Below, one piece after another: positions 29,487 through 38,430 of a DNA stretch of 53,416 nt. A program made the position numbers and the translations under genes. The notes below the pieces were generated by a model. It did no database searches. It had not been told where the DNA came from and was given only the letters and a program-made list of their open reading frames with translations. The stretch's first letter is position 1. Every line of letters starts with the position of its first letter. The stretch comes from Thermotogota bacterium (GTDB lineage: Bacteria > Thermotogota > Thermotogae > Petrotogales > Petrotogaceae), in NCBI GenBank assembly GCA_051748045.1, contig JBNJGY010000008.1:1-53416 (forward strand), read 5' to 3'.

Positions 29487-29672
29487 TTGTATAAATCAAA
29501 TCTAAATATAAAAAATAAATCATTACAAAGATTTTTAAAATACAACCTTGATTTCCAGATTGAAGTGACTCCATACAGTAAATTTGTTTTTAATAATAAT
29601 ATAATCTTTTTAGTTGTAAAAAATAAAAATAAGAATCATGAAAATAATTTAATTTCTAATTCTAAAGTATAA
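29487..29672 (+). CDS. Small hypothetical protein (61 aa)
   Basis: SD GGGGGTGA before TTG; extended -10 TGgTAAAAT at 29458-29466; stop lies 10 nt before the GH57 start. Confidence 0.45.
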   Translation: MYKSNLNIKNKSLQRFLKYNLDFQIEVTPYSKFVFNNNIIFLVVKNKNKNHENNLISNSKV

Positions 29673-29682
29673 GGAGATTACA

Positions 29683-31263
29683 ATGAAAGGGATTCTACAG
29701 TTAGTTTTACACGGACATTTACCTTATATAAATCATCCAGATTATAACAATTTTTATGAAGAAACATGGTTTTTTGAAGCTATTACAGAAGTTTATCTTC
29801 CGATTCTACAAAAATTTTATAAATTAGAAAAAGAGAATATCAATTTTAGAATAACCATCAGTTTGTCTCCACCCTTGATTGAAATGTTTGAAGACAAAAT
29901 TCTTATTAATAAATATAATAATTATTTGAATGATTTAATAAAAATAGCAGAATTTGAAAGTGAAACTTCTAAAAGACAGAAAGAAAGAGAATTAGCTTGT
30001 TATTATTTGAACAATCTTAAGAGTTTAAAAGATTTGTTTTCGGACAAATTAAGTCGTAATATATTGCAAGGCTTTAAAGAATTTCAAGAAAAAGGAAACA
30101 TTCAAATGATAATATGTAATGGTACTCATAACTTTTTACCAGCATTTAAAGATAAAGATTATTTTATAAATTCCAGCATAAATATTTCAAAATATTTTTA
30201 TAATAATAAATTCAAAGGTTCTCTAAAAGGGATTTGGCTTGCAGAGATGGGTTACTTTGATGGTTTAGACAAACAATTAAAAGCATCAAAAATTGATTTT
30301 ACTTTTTTAAATTTCAATTCAATTAACAATAATAATTATTATTCTCCTATGAAAACAGAAAATAATTTGATATTTTATGTAAGAGACCCTCAGACAAACG
30401 ATAAAATTTGGGACGCTAATATTGGATACCCGGGTAATAAATATTACAGAGAATTTTATTCTGACATATCTTTTGAAAAAAATAATAAAATTCTAAATAA
30501 TTTTAATGATAAATATGGTGTTAATACTTCTACAGGAATTAAATATAAAGCTATTACAAATAAAAATGTCTCTACAGAAAAAAAACAATATTATAATCCA
30601 AAAAAAGCTAAGTTTCAAATTAAAAGTGATGTAATTAATTTCCTTAAAGATAAAAATGTACAAGTTAATAAACTTTGTGAAAATAATTATGATTTCATTC
30701 CAGTTTTAACAGCTCCTTTCGACATGGAATTATTTGGACATTGGTGGTATGAAGGACCTGATTTTTTATATGAACTACTTAAATCTGTTGATGAATCTAA
30801 TTTTTTAGAAACCGATTACCACGAATCAATTAAAAATAGAACAAAAATTGTTAATCAAAATCCAAAAATGAGTAGTTGGGGAGACAAGGGTTTTTCAAAT
30901 ACTTGGGTTGATAAATCTAATATTTGGATTTATCCTTTCATAGAGACTGCATATAAATCACTTGTTCATTATAAAAATTCTGAACTGTCAGATTTAGAAA
31001 ACAGAATATATTCTCAAATGTTAAGAGAATTTTTTCTTTTAGTATCATCAGATTGGTATTTTTTAATATATAATAATAGTAGTAAGGATTATTCTGAAAT
31101 GAGAGTTAAAAATCATATAGCTAATTTTTTCGCTTTAGATAAAATGCTTATAAATTCAAAAAGTATTAAAAACATTAAAGTTTTAGAAGATCTTGAAAAA
31201 ATAAATAGTATTTTTTCTTTTATAGATAAAGATTTTATTTTTCAATACCAGAACTCATTTTGA
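29683..31263 (+). CDS. GH57 1,4-alpha-glucan branching enzyme (DUF1957 C-terminus)
   Basis: LHGHLPY, EAITEVYLP, GIWLAE (nucleophile), PFDMELFGHWWYEG (acid/base), SSWG, SSDWYF. Confidence 0.9.
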   Translation: MKGILQLVLHGHLPYINHPDYNNFYEETWFFEAITEVYLPILQKFYKLEKENINFRITISLSPPLIEMFEDKILINKYNNYLNDLIKIAEFESETSKRQKERELACYYLNNLKSLKDLFSDKLSRNILQGFKEFQEKGNIQMIICNGTHNFLPAFKDKDYFINSSINISKYFYNNKFKGSLKGIWLAEMGYFDGLDKQLKASKIDFTFLNFNSINNNNYYSPMKTENNLIFYVRDPQTNDKIWDANIGYPGNKYYREFYSDISFEKNNKILNNFNDKYGVNTSTGIKYKAITNKNVSTEKKQYYNPKKAKFQIKSDVINFLKDKNVQVNKLCENNYDFIPVLTAPFDMELFGHWWYEGPDFLYELLKSVDESNFLETDYHESIKNRTKIVNQNPKMSSWGDKGFSNTWVDKSNIWIYPFIETAYKSLVHYKNSELSDLENRIYSQMLREFFLLVSSDWYFLIYNNSSKDYSEMRVKNHIANFFALDKMLINSKSIKNIKVLEDLEKINSIFSFIDKDFIFQYQNSF

Positions 31264-31278
31264 AAGGAGGGCATTCTA

Positions 31279-31854
31279 GTGCCAGAAAAATATTTTGAAG
31301 TAAGATGGCATGCAAGAGCAGGACAAGGAGCAAAAAGTGCTTCTCAATTCTTAGCTGAAGCAGCTCTTGATGCTGGTAAATATTCAACTTCATTCCCTGA
31401 GTACGGAGCAGAAAGATCAGGTGCACCAATGAAGGCTTTCAACAGAATTTCTGATATCCCTGTGAGGGTTAGAAGTAATGTTCAAAAGCCAGATATCGTA
31501 TTGGTAATTGACGATACATTACTTGGGAATCCTGAATTAGTTGCTGGGTTAGACGAAGACAAGCCATTGGTTGTAAACACACTTATGGAGCCATCAAAAG
31601 TAAGAGAGTTGACAGGTTTCAAAGGTAAAATTGCAGTTCTACCTGCAACAGATATTGCACTAGAAGAAATAAAAAGAGGTATTCCAAACACAGTAATGAT
31701 TGGTGCTTTGGTTAAATTAACAGACGTCGTGCCTCTTGAATCAGTTAAAGAAAAAGTTACTGCAGCATTTTCTCATAAATTCTCTGATGAAATTGTTGAA
31801 GCTAACATGAGAGCTCTTGAAAGAGGATATCAGGAGGTGAAGATCGATGGCTGA
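31279..31854 (+). CDS. porC: Pyruvate:ferredoxin oxidoreductase gamma subunit
   Basis: EVRWHARAGQGA, YGAERSGAP, PNTVMIGA. Confidence 0.92.
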   Translation: MPEKYFEVRWHARAGQGAKSASQFLAEAALDAGKYSTSFPEYGAERSGAPMKAFNRISDIPVRVRSNVQKPDIVLVIDDTLLGNPELVAGLDEDKPLVVNTLMEPSKVRELTGFKGKIAVLPATDIALEEIKRGIPNTVMIGALVKLTDVVPLESVKEKVTAAFSHKFSDEIVEANMRALERGYQEVKIDG

Positions 31855-32152
31855 TAACGGATGGAAAGAACTTCCAATAGGCGGAGTCGTTGACAAACCA
31901 GGTACAGCAAGAGAATATAAAACTGGTACTTGGAGAGTAACAAGACCTATAGTCGATCAAGAAAAATGTATAAATTGTATGCAATGTTGGTTATATTGTC
32001 CTGATATGGCAATAGAAGGTAAAACAGGAGATAATGGAAGACCAGAAATGCTAGGCTTCGATTATGACTATTGTAAAGGTTGTGGAACATGTGCAAAAGT
32101 ATGTCCTGTTGATGCCATAGAAATGAAATCTGAAAACGAATTTTTGAAGTAA
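31847..32152 (+). CDS. porD: Pyruvate:ferredoxin oxidoreductase delta subunit (2x[4Fe-4S])
   Basis: KTGTWR, CINCMQCWLYCP, YCKGCGTCAKVCP. Confidence 0.93.
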   Translation: MADNGWKELPIGGVVDKPGTAREYKTGTWRVTRPIVDQEKCINCMQCWLYCPDMAIEGKTGDNGRPEMLGFDYDYCKGCGTCAKVCPVDAIEMKSENEFLK

Positions 32153-32168
32153 AGGAGGTAATTAATTA

Positions 32169-33338
32169 ATGCCTAATAAATTAGCTGTTACTGGAGCAAA
32201 TGCAGTTGCACATGCTATGAGACAAATTAATCCAGATGTTGTCGCTGCTTATCCAATAACTCCACAAACACCAATTGTTCAATACTATGCAGATTTCGTT
32301 GCAAACGGAATTGTAGATACAGTAATGGTACCAGTTGAATCAGAACATTCAGCTATGAGTGCTGTTGTTGGTTCAGCAGCTGCTGGCGCAAGAACTATGA
32401 CTGCTACTGCTGCAAACGGTTTAGCTTTAATGACTGAAATTGTTTATATTGCAGCTTCATATAGATTACCAATTGTTATGCCAATAGTAAATAGAGCTTT
32501 ATCTGGTCCTATTAATATTCATTGTGACCATAGTGATGCTATGCTTGTAAGAGATTCTGGTTGGTTACAATTCTTCTCAGAAGACCATCAAGAAGCTTAC
32601 GATTTAACTATTATCGCAACAAAAATAGCTGAAAATGATGATGTTTTATTACCTGCGATGGTTAACTTAGATGGTTTTATCACTTCTCATGGTGTAGATG
32701 TTTTTGAAATGATGGACGATGAAATAGTTAGAGATTTTGTCGGTCAATGGGAAGCAAAATATCCACTATTGAACACAGAAAAACCTGTTACACATGGTTC
32801 ATTAGACCTTTTTGATTATTACTATGAACATCATAGACAACAAGAAGATGGCATGGAAAAAGCTTATGAACTTTTACCAGGGGTTTTCGAAGAATTTGAA
32901 AAAATTTCAGGTAGAAAATATGACTTCCTTGATAAATATAAAGCTGATGATGCTGATTATGTTATGGTTGTATTAAACTCAACAGCTTCAACAGCAAAAT
33001 ATGTTGTTGATGAATTGAGAGAAGCAGGACACAAAGTTGGTTTAGTAAAACCTTGGGTATTCACACCATTCCCTAAAAAAGAAGTTATTGAAGCATTAGA
33101 AGGTAAAAAAGCAGTTGTTGTATTGGATAGAGCTATGTCTTTTGGTAAAGAAGCTCCTTTATATTCATTAGTTAAATCTGCTTTATATAATGTAGATAAT
33201 AAACCAAATATTGGTTCTTTTGTATACGGACTTGGTGGAAGAGACACAACACCAGAAATGCTTCACGAAGCTTTTGAAGCAGCTATGAATGACGAGCTTG
33301 ATGCAGATATTCAGAAATACCTCGGTCTTAGAGAATAA
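32169..33338 (+). CDS. porA: Pyruvate:ferredoxin oxidoreductase alpha subunit
   Basis: AAYPITPQT, ESEHSA, NRALSGPINIHCDH, GLGGRD. Confidence 0.95.
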   Translation: MPNKLAVTGANAVAHAMRQINPDVVAAYPITPQTPIVQYYADFVANGIVDTVMVPVESEHSAMSAVVGSAAAGARTMTATAANGLALMTEIVYIAASYRLPIVMPIVNRALSGPINIHCDHSDAMLVRDSGWLQFFSEDHQEAYDLTIIATKIAENDDVLLPAMVNLDGFITSHGVDVFEMMDDEIVRDFVGQWEAKYPLLNTEKPVTHGSLDLFDYYYEHHRQQEDGMEKAYELLPGVFEEFEKISGRKYDFLDKYKADDADYVMVVLNSTASTAKYVVDELREAGHKVGLVKPWVFTPFPKKEVIEALEGKKAVVVLDRAMSFGKEAPLYSLVKSALYNVDNKPNIGSFVYGLGGRDTTPEMLHEAFEAAMNDELDADIQKYLGLRE

Positions 33339-33356
33339 TTTGGAGGTGAAGGTTAA

Positions 33357-34337
33357 ATGCCACTTAATTTACCACAATTAGTAGATTTTATTGCAAAGAA
33401 TGATTGGCCTTTCACACAGGGTCATAGATTATGTCCAGGTTGTAATGCACCTATGGTAGCAAAATGGTCAACAATGACAGCAAAAGCTTTGGGTTATGAG
33501 CCTGTAGTTGGAGCTGCAACTGGATGTTTAGAAGTTTCATCAACAATTTATCCATTTTCATCATGGAATGTTCCTTATATTCATAATGCTTTTGAAAATG
33601 TAGCAGCTACTATGTCAGGTGCTGAAGCTGCGTATAGATCTTTATTGAATAGAGGAAAATTAGATAATGATAAAATTAAATTCATCGCTTACGGTGGAGA
33701 CGGAGGAACTTATGATATAGGTCTTCAATCTCTATCCGGAGCTATTGAAAGAGGTCATGACTTCGTTTATGTATTATATGATAACGAAGGTTATATGAAC
33801 ACAGGTAACCAAAGATCAGGATCAACTCCTACAGGTGCTGACTCAACAACAGAACCAGTTGGATCAAAAAGACCTGGTAAACTTCAATTCAAGAAATCTA
33901 TAGTTGATATCGTAGCAGGACACGAAGGCGTTTACGCTGCAACAGCATCAACTTCAGAACCAATGGATTTCATAAAGAAAATGGAAAAAGCTTTAGAATT
34001 TAAAGGTCCAGCTTTCATTGCTGTATTAGCTCCTTGTGTTAGATTCTGGAGAGTTCCTGAAGATTCTGGCCCAGAATTAACAAAATTAGCTGTAGAAAGC
34101 AAATATTGGCCACTTTGGGAATATGACATGGGAGAATATAAAGTAACTAAAAAACCAAGAAACTTCAAACCATTAAAAGAATATATAACTAAACTTGGAA
34201 GATTCAATAAATTGATCAAACAACATAATTCAGACGAAATTATTGAAGAAATGCAAGAATATGTCAATGCAAAATGGGAAAGATTATTAGCATTAGAAGA
34301 AATTTCTAAAGATAAACCTTTAAGAAAGAAAATATAA
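33357..34337 (+). CDS. porB: Pyruvate:ferredoxin oxidoreductase beta subunit
   Basis: GHRLCPGC, TGCLEV, GDGGTYDIG (TPP motif), DNEGYMNTG. Confidence 0.95.
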   Translation: MPLNLPQLVDFIAKNDWPFTQGHRLCPGCNAPMVAKWSTMTAKALGYEPVVGAATGCLEVSSTIYPFSSWNVPYIHNAFENVAATMSGAEAAYRSLLNRGKLDNDKIKFIAYGGDGGTYDIGLQSLSGAIERGHDFVYVLYDNEGYMNTGNQRSGSTPTGADSTTEPVGSKRPGKLQFKKSIVDIVAGHEGVYAATASTSEPMDFIKKMEKALEFKGPAFIAVLAPCVRFWRVPEDSGPELTKLAVESKYWPLWEYDMGEYKVTKKPRNFKPLKEYITKLGRFNKLIKQHNSDEIIEEMQEYVNAKWERLLALEEISKDKPLRKKI

Positions 34338-34358
34338 ATAATTTTTTTATTAATATCT

Positions 34359-34388
34359 AAGCGGGGATTAATTAATCCCTGCTTTTTT
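34359..34388 (+). terminator. Terminator after the por operon
   Basis: aagcggggatt...aatccctgctt followed by a T-run. Confidence 0.8.
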
Positions 34389-34461
34389 AACATAAATCTA
34401 AGTGATTTATGATAGAATATATAATAGCTCAATTAATATATTTACATAGGAGGAAAAACAT

Positions 34462-36516
34462 ATGAATAAGTGGTTTGTAAAGCACGAAAAGTTTATATCC
34501 ATACTAATAGTATCTTTGTTTGTTATTGGTATAATTTGGTGGTCTATAGGTTCTTATCTTTCAACGAATAATGGAAATGGAAGAACTCAAAATGAAGAAT
34601 TTATTAAAGAAAACTCTGTAGTAGTAATTACAAAAGACGGTGAAGACTTAGATTATCCTTATTGGGTTATGGAATCAGAATTAAGCAACGAGTATCAAAA
34701 TAGAATCCAACAATATGAACAACACTATGGTAATTCAATCGATCCTGTTTTTGATTCTCTAAACATTAAAGCTTCATTGACAAATCAATTATATGACCTT
34801 AAATTGATAATGTATTATTCTGATAATAATGATCTAACTCCAACAAAGGATCAGGTAGAAGAAAGAACTAATTTAGAAATTGAAAATTATATTTCTGAAT
34901 TAAAATCTAATCAATCAAATTGGGCTCAATTAATCGATAGATATGGATCTGAAAATGAAATAAGAGATGTTCTAAACGAATCTATGGCAGGAATTGAAAC
35001 TCAAGTTATGATTGATAACGTTAGAGAAAATGTTGTTTCAGTTAATAGAGAAGATGTTCTAGAAGAAATTGAAAAAACATTTGATGATATTAAAAAAGAA
35101 CATGAAGAAGTAAATGCTCAACATATTTTGATTTCTGGTGAAGCAACAGCAAATAGAGTAAAAGATGAATTAGTGTCAGGTGAATTAGATTTTTCTGATG
35201 CTGCTGCTACATTCTCTGAAGATACTTCTAATGCAACAGATTCTGGTAATTTAGGTTGGTTTAGCCACGGTGACATGGTTGAAGAATTTGAAAATGCCGC
35301 TTTTACAGCTCCAGTAGGAGAAATTGTAGGACCAGTAGAAACTCAATTTGGTTACCATTTAATAAGAGTTCAGGATAAAAAAGTTTTTGATAAACCTGAA
35401 GATGTATTAGAATATGAAACTATATATAAAGAAATAGAAAATACTCTTGAAGAAAATGAATTTGATGAATGGTTAGCTAATTACAAAGAAGAAGAAAACT
35501 TCGGTAGAAATTATTATAATGATGTATTAGAATATGCTTATACCTTTAATAACAATACTGATGATATAAATACTCTAGAAAATATAAGAACAGAATTACA
35601 AGACTTTGTTTTTTATAATGATGGAGAAGTATCTATAGATACAGATACTGATTATATGGCTTTATACATTAACACAACTAAAGCTTTATTAAATGATTAT
35701 GAATCAAAATTATCAAGTGTAACTAAATATATTTCTTTAAACGATAAAGTAGAAGATACATACATGGAAATGGATTTAGAAGAATTAAAAAATGATTTAG
35801 CTGAAATTGATGAAAAATTAGAATCTGAAGATTCTGAAAATCAAGACTCATTAATTGAAGAAAAATTAGCTATAACAGATGCAATAAACTATAAAGAAAC
35901 TCTACCTGTTATAGATGAAATGGGTATAGACACTATTGAAGAAGCTCAAACAGAAAAAGATAACTTAGAATCGTTAGTTGAAGAGATATCATCAAACAGA
36001 GAACAAGTTTTAGAGGAACTATTCTATAGATATCCTTCTTCACAAAGAGTTGTTGAATCATATTATGAAGCTAACCCAAATGATCCTAGAGTAAAAATAG
36101 CTTATGCAAAAGTTCAAATGAAACAATTAGAACAATACGCTGGTTATTTAGGAGCTCAAAATTTAAGCATGTATTTCAGCCAACAAATAAGGGATATAGT
36201 TATAAACATATCTTCTATAGTATCAAATAATAGTGAAAGAAACATTAAATTAGATGCTATTGAGGTTGGATTAGACTTAGCAGAATTATTAGAAGATGAG
36301 GAATTGGAACTATCATATTTAAAAGAACTAGAAAAAATTGATCCAGAATATATTAATAACTTGGAATCAAGAATAGAAGAACTAGAAAATAAAATAAATG
36401 GAAATTCTGAAGTTGAAGAACCTATAGAAGAGTTTGATGAAGAATTCGAAGGGGACTTTGAAGGAAATAATGATATGGGAGACCTTGATTCATTAGAAGA
36501 TCCAACAGAAGAATAA
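34462..36516 (+). CDS. Membrane-anchored parvulin-type foldase (PrsA/SurA/PpiD-like) with a long helical C-terminus
   Basis: N-terminal TM; NAQHILIS, FSED..ATDSGNLGWF, VETQFGYHLI. Confidence 0.88.
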   Translation: MNKWFVKHEKFISILIVSLFVIGIIWWSIGSYLSTNNGNGRTQNEEFIKENSVVVITKDGEDLDYPYWVMESELSNEYQNRIQQYEQHYGNSIDPVFDSLNIKASLTNQLYDLKLIMYYSDNNDLTPTKDQVEERTNLEIENYISELKSNQSNWAQLIDRYGSENEIRDVLNESMAGIETQVMIDNVRENVVSVNREDVLEEIEKTFDDIKKEHEEVNAQHILISGEATANRVKDELVSGELDFSDAAATFSEDTSNATDSGNLGWFSHGDMVEEFENAAFTAPVGEIVGPVETQFGYHLIRVQDKKVFDKPEDVLEYETIYKEIENTLEENEFDEWLANYKEEENFGRNYYNDVLEYAYTFNNNTDDINTLENIRTELQDFVFYNDGEVSIDTDTDYMALYINTTKALLNDYESKLSSVTKYISLNDKVEDTYMEMDLEELKNDLAEIDEKLESEDSENQDSLIEEKLAITDAINYKETLPVIDEMGIDTIEEAQTEKDNLESLVEEISSNREQVLEELFYRYPSSQRVVESYYEANPNDPRVKIAYAKVQMKQLEQYAGYLGAQNLSMYFSQQIRDIVINISSIVSNNSERNIKLDAIEVGLDLAELLEDEELELSYLKELEKIDPEYINNLESRIEELENKINGNSEVEEPIEEFDEEFEGDFEGNNDMGDLDSLEDPTEE

Positions 36517-36539
36517 TTGATATTTAAAAATTAAATAAA

Positions 36540-36565
36540 AAAAACCGGGCATAAGCCCGGTTTTT
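36540..36565. terminator. Bidirectional terminator (foldase / tRNA-Gln)
   Basis: aaaaaccgggc-ataa-gcccggttttt. Confidence 0.88.
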
Positions 36566-36577
36566 ATAACCTAATTC

Positions 36578-36652
36578 TGGCTGGGTCGGTAGGATTCGAA
36601 CCTACGAATAACGGAGTCAAAGTCCGTCGCCTTACCGCTTGGCCACGACCCA
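36578..36652 (-). tRNA. tRNA-Gln (anticodon TTG)
   Basis: Reverse complement: TGGGTCG...acgga-ctTTGac-tccgt...TTCGAAT...CGACCCA-G-CCA. Confidence 0.95.
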
Positions 36653-36670
36653 GCAACTAAGTCCGAAATT

Positions 36671-36699
36671 ATTATAACATAGAAACCAATACTTGTCAA
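36671..36699 (-). promoter_or_regulatory. Consensus sigma70 promoter of tRNA-Gln(UUG)
   Basis: TTGACA-17nt-TATAAT with TG extension on the - strand. Confidence 0.88.
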
Positions 36700-36719
36700 T
36701 GAAAAGGGGGAAGTTTTAT

Positions 36720-38381
36720 ATGAAGATTAAATTAAAAGATATTAAAAATGGCAAAACATATCACGTAGAGAAAGGAGATACTTTTATATCTCCTGCTAGA
36801 GAGTATCAAAAAGAAACAGGAAGAACTGTTTTTGCAGTAAAATTAAATAATAATATAAGAGAAGTTTTTAAAGAAGTTCATTGTGACGGAGAAATTGAGT
36901 TTATAGATATTAAATCTGCTGATGGTGTAAAAATAAATAGAAGAGGTTTATTTTTTATACTATACGCAGCTATAAAAGATATCGATCTAAAAGATGATTT
37001 ACTAGTTAATAACTCATTGGGCAATGGCATTTATTGTGAACTTAAATCAGGAATACCTACAGAAGAATATTTAGAAAAAATTAAAAATATTATGATTAAT
37101 TATAAAGAAAGAGATTTGGAATTTGAAAAATTCAATATAGATAAATTTGAAGCTATGAAGATGTTTGATAGCAAAAATCAAAAAGATAAATCTTTGCTTT
37201 TTAAATATAGAAAGAAAACAACTGTAAATTTCTATAAAATGAATGGATATATTAATTATTTTTATGGTTATATGCCTTTAAAAACATCTGACTTAACTGA
37301 TTTTGATCTTATAAAAGTAGATAAAGGATTCGTCATTGTTACTCCGAATGAAAAGTCTCCTTCAAAAGTACCAAAATATAAACATTTAAATAAATTATCT
37401 GCTACATTTAATGAATATAATGAATGGCTTAAAATTTTAGAAATAAGAACTGTTGGAGAACTAAATGACTATATAAGTAAAGGTAAACACTCTTCTATAG
37501 AGTTAATTAGAATATCAGAAGCTTTACATGAAAAGAAATATTCTCAAATAGCAGATGATATAATTAAAAGAAGAAATGTTAGGCTTATTTCTTTAGCAGG
37601 ACCTTCTTCTTCAGGTAAAACAACTTCTTCAAAAAGAATTGCTTTACAACTAAGAGTTAATGGACTTAAGCCTGTAGAAATTTCTTTAGATGACTTTTTT
37701 GTTGAAAGAGACAAAACACCTTTAGATGAAAATGGTAACTATGATTTTGAATCTCTATACGCATTAGATTTAGAACTTTTTAATAATATTCTTTCTGATC
37801 TAATAAAAGGGAAAAATGTGAAATTACCGAAATTTAATTTTGTCACTGGAAAAAGAGAGTGGAGAAATAATAATATCAAAATTGATGAAGATCAACCAAT
37901 CATAGTTGAAGGTATTCATGGTCTGAATGAAAAATTAACTCAAAGTATTGCTAGAGACAAGAAATATAAAGTATACGTAAGTGCATTAACCCAATTAAAT
38001 ATAGACAAAGTAAATAGAATTCCTACTACAGATTCAAGAATCATCAGAAGAATTGTTAGAGATTTCAATTTTAGAGGACATGATGCTTTAGCTACAATTA
38101 AAATGTGGCCAAGTGTTAGAAGAGGAGAGGAGCATAATATTTTCCCTTATCAAGAAGAAGCTGATGTTATGTTCAATTCTAATTTAATATATGAATTATC
38201 TATTTTAAAAATATTTGCTGAACCCTTGTTATTAAAAATAGACAACAGTGTTTCTGAATATTCTGAAGCGAAAAGATTATTGAAATTTTTAGATTATTTT
38301 TTACCTTTAACTGAATTAGAAGAAATACCAAGAAAATCTGTAATAAGAGAATTTATAGGACGTTCTACTTTTGAATATTAA
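36720..38381 (+). CDS. Uridine/nucleoside kinase with an N-terminal TGS / ThrRS-editing-like region
   Basis: N-terminal ThrRS-like region (AVKLNN, GIYCE); P-loop AGPSSSGKTT, SLDDFF, IVEGIHGLN, RRIVRD (ORF track start 36693). Confidence 0.87.
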   Translation: MKIKLKDIKNGKTYHVEKGDTFISPAREYQKETGRTVFAVKLNNNIREVFKEVHCDGEIEFIDIKSADGVKINRRGLFFILYAAIKDIDLKDDLLVNNSLGNGIYCELKSGIPTEEYLEKIKNIMINYKERDLEFEKFNIDKFEAMKMFDSKNQKDKSLLFKYRKKTTVNFYKMNGYINYFYGYMPLKTSDLTDFDLIKVDKGFVIVTPNEKSPSKVPKYKHLNKLSATFNEYNEWLKILEIRTVGELNDYISKGKHSSIELIRISEALHEKKYSQIADDIIKRRNVRLISLAGPSSSGKTTSSKRIALQLRVNGLKPVEISLDDFFVERDKTPLDENGNYDFESLYALDLELFNNILSDLIKGKNVKLPKFNFVTGKREWRNNNIKIDEDQPIIVEGIHGLNEKLTQSIARDKKYKVYVSALTQLNIDKVNRIPTTDSRIIRRIVRDFNFRGHDALATIKMWPSVRRGEEHNIFPYQEEADVMFNSNLIYELSILKIFAEPLLLKIDNSVSEYSEAKRLLKFLDYFLPLTELEEIPRKSVIREFIGRSTFEY

Positions 38382-38412
38382 AAAATGGCAACCTTTATAA
38401 GGTTGCCATTTA
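38381..38412. terminator. Bidirectional terminator
   Basis: aaatggcaacctt-tat-aaggttgccattt. Confidence 0.85.
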
Positions 38413-38430
38413 TTTTATATCTATTATATA

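Noticed and set aside
29354-29545. 63-aa - strand ORF, and a short ATG frame at 29405 on +, over the sRNA candidate
   Set aside because: Neither has an SD and both cross a strong terminator hairpin; a non-coding explanation fits better
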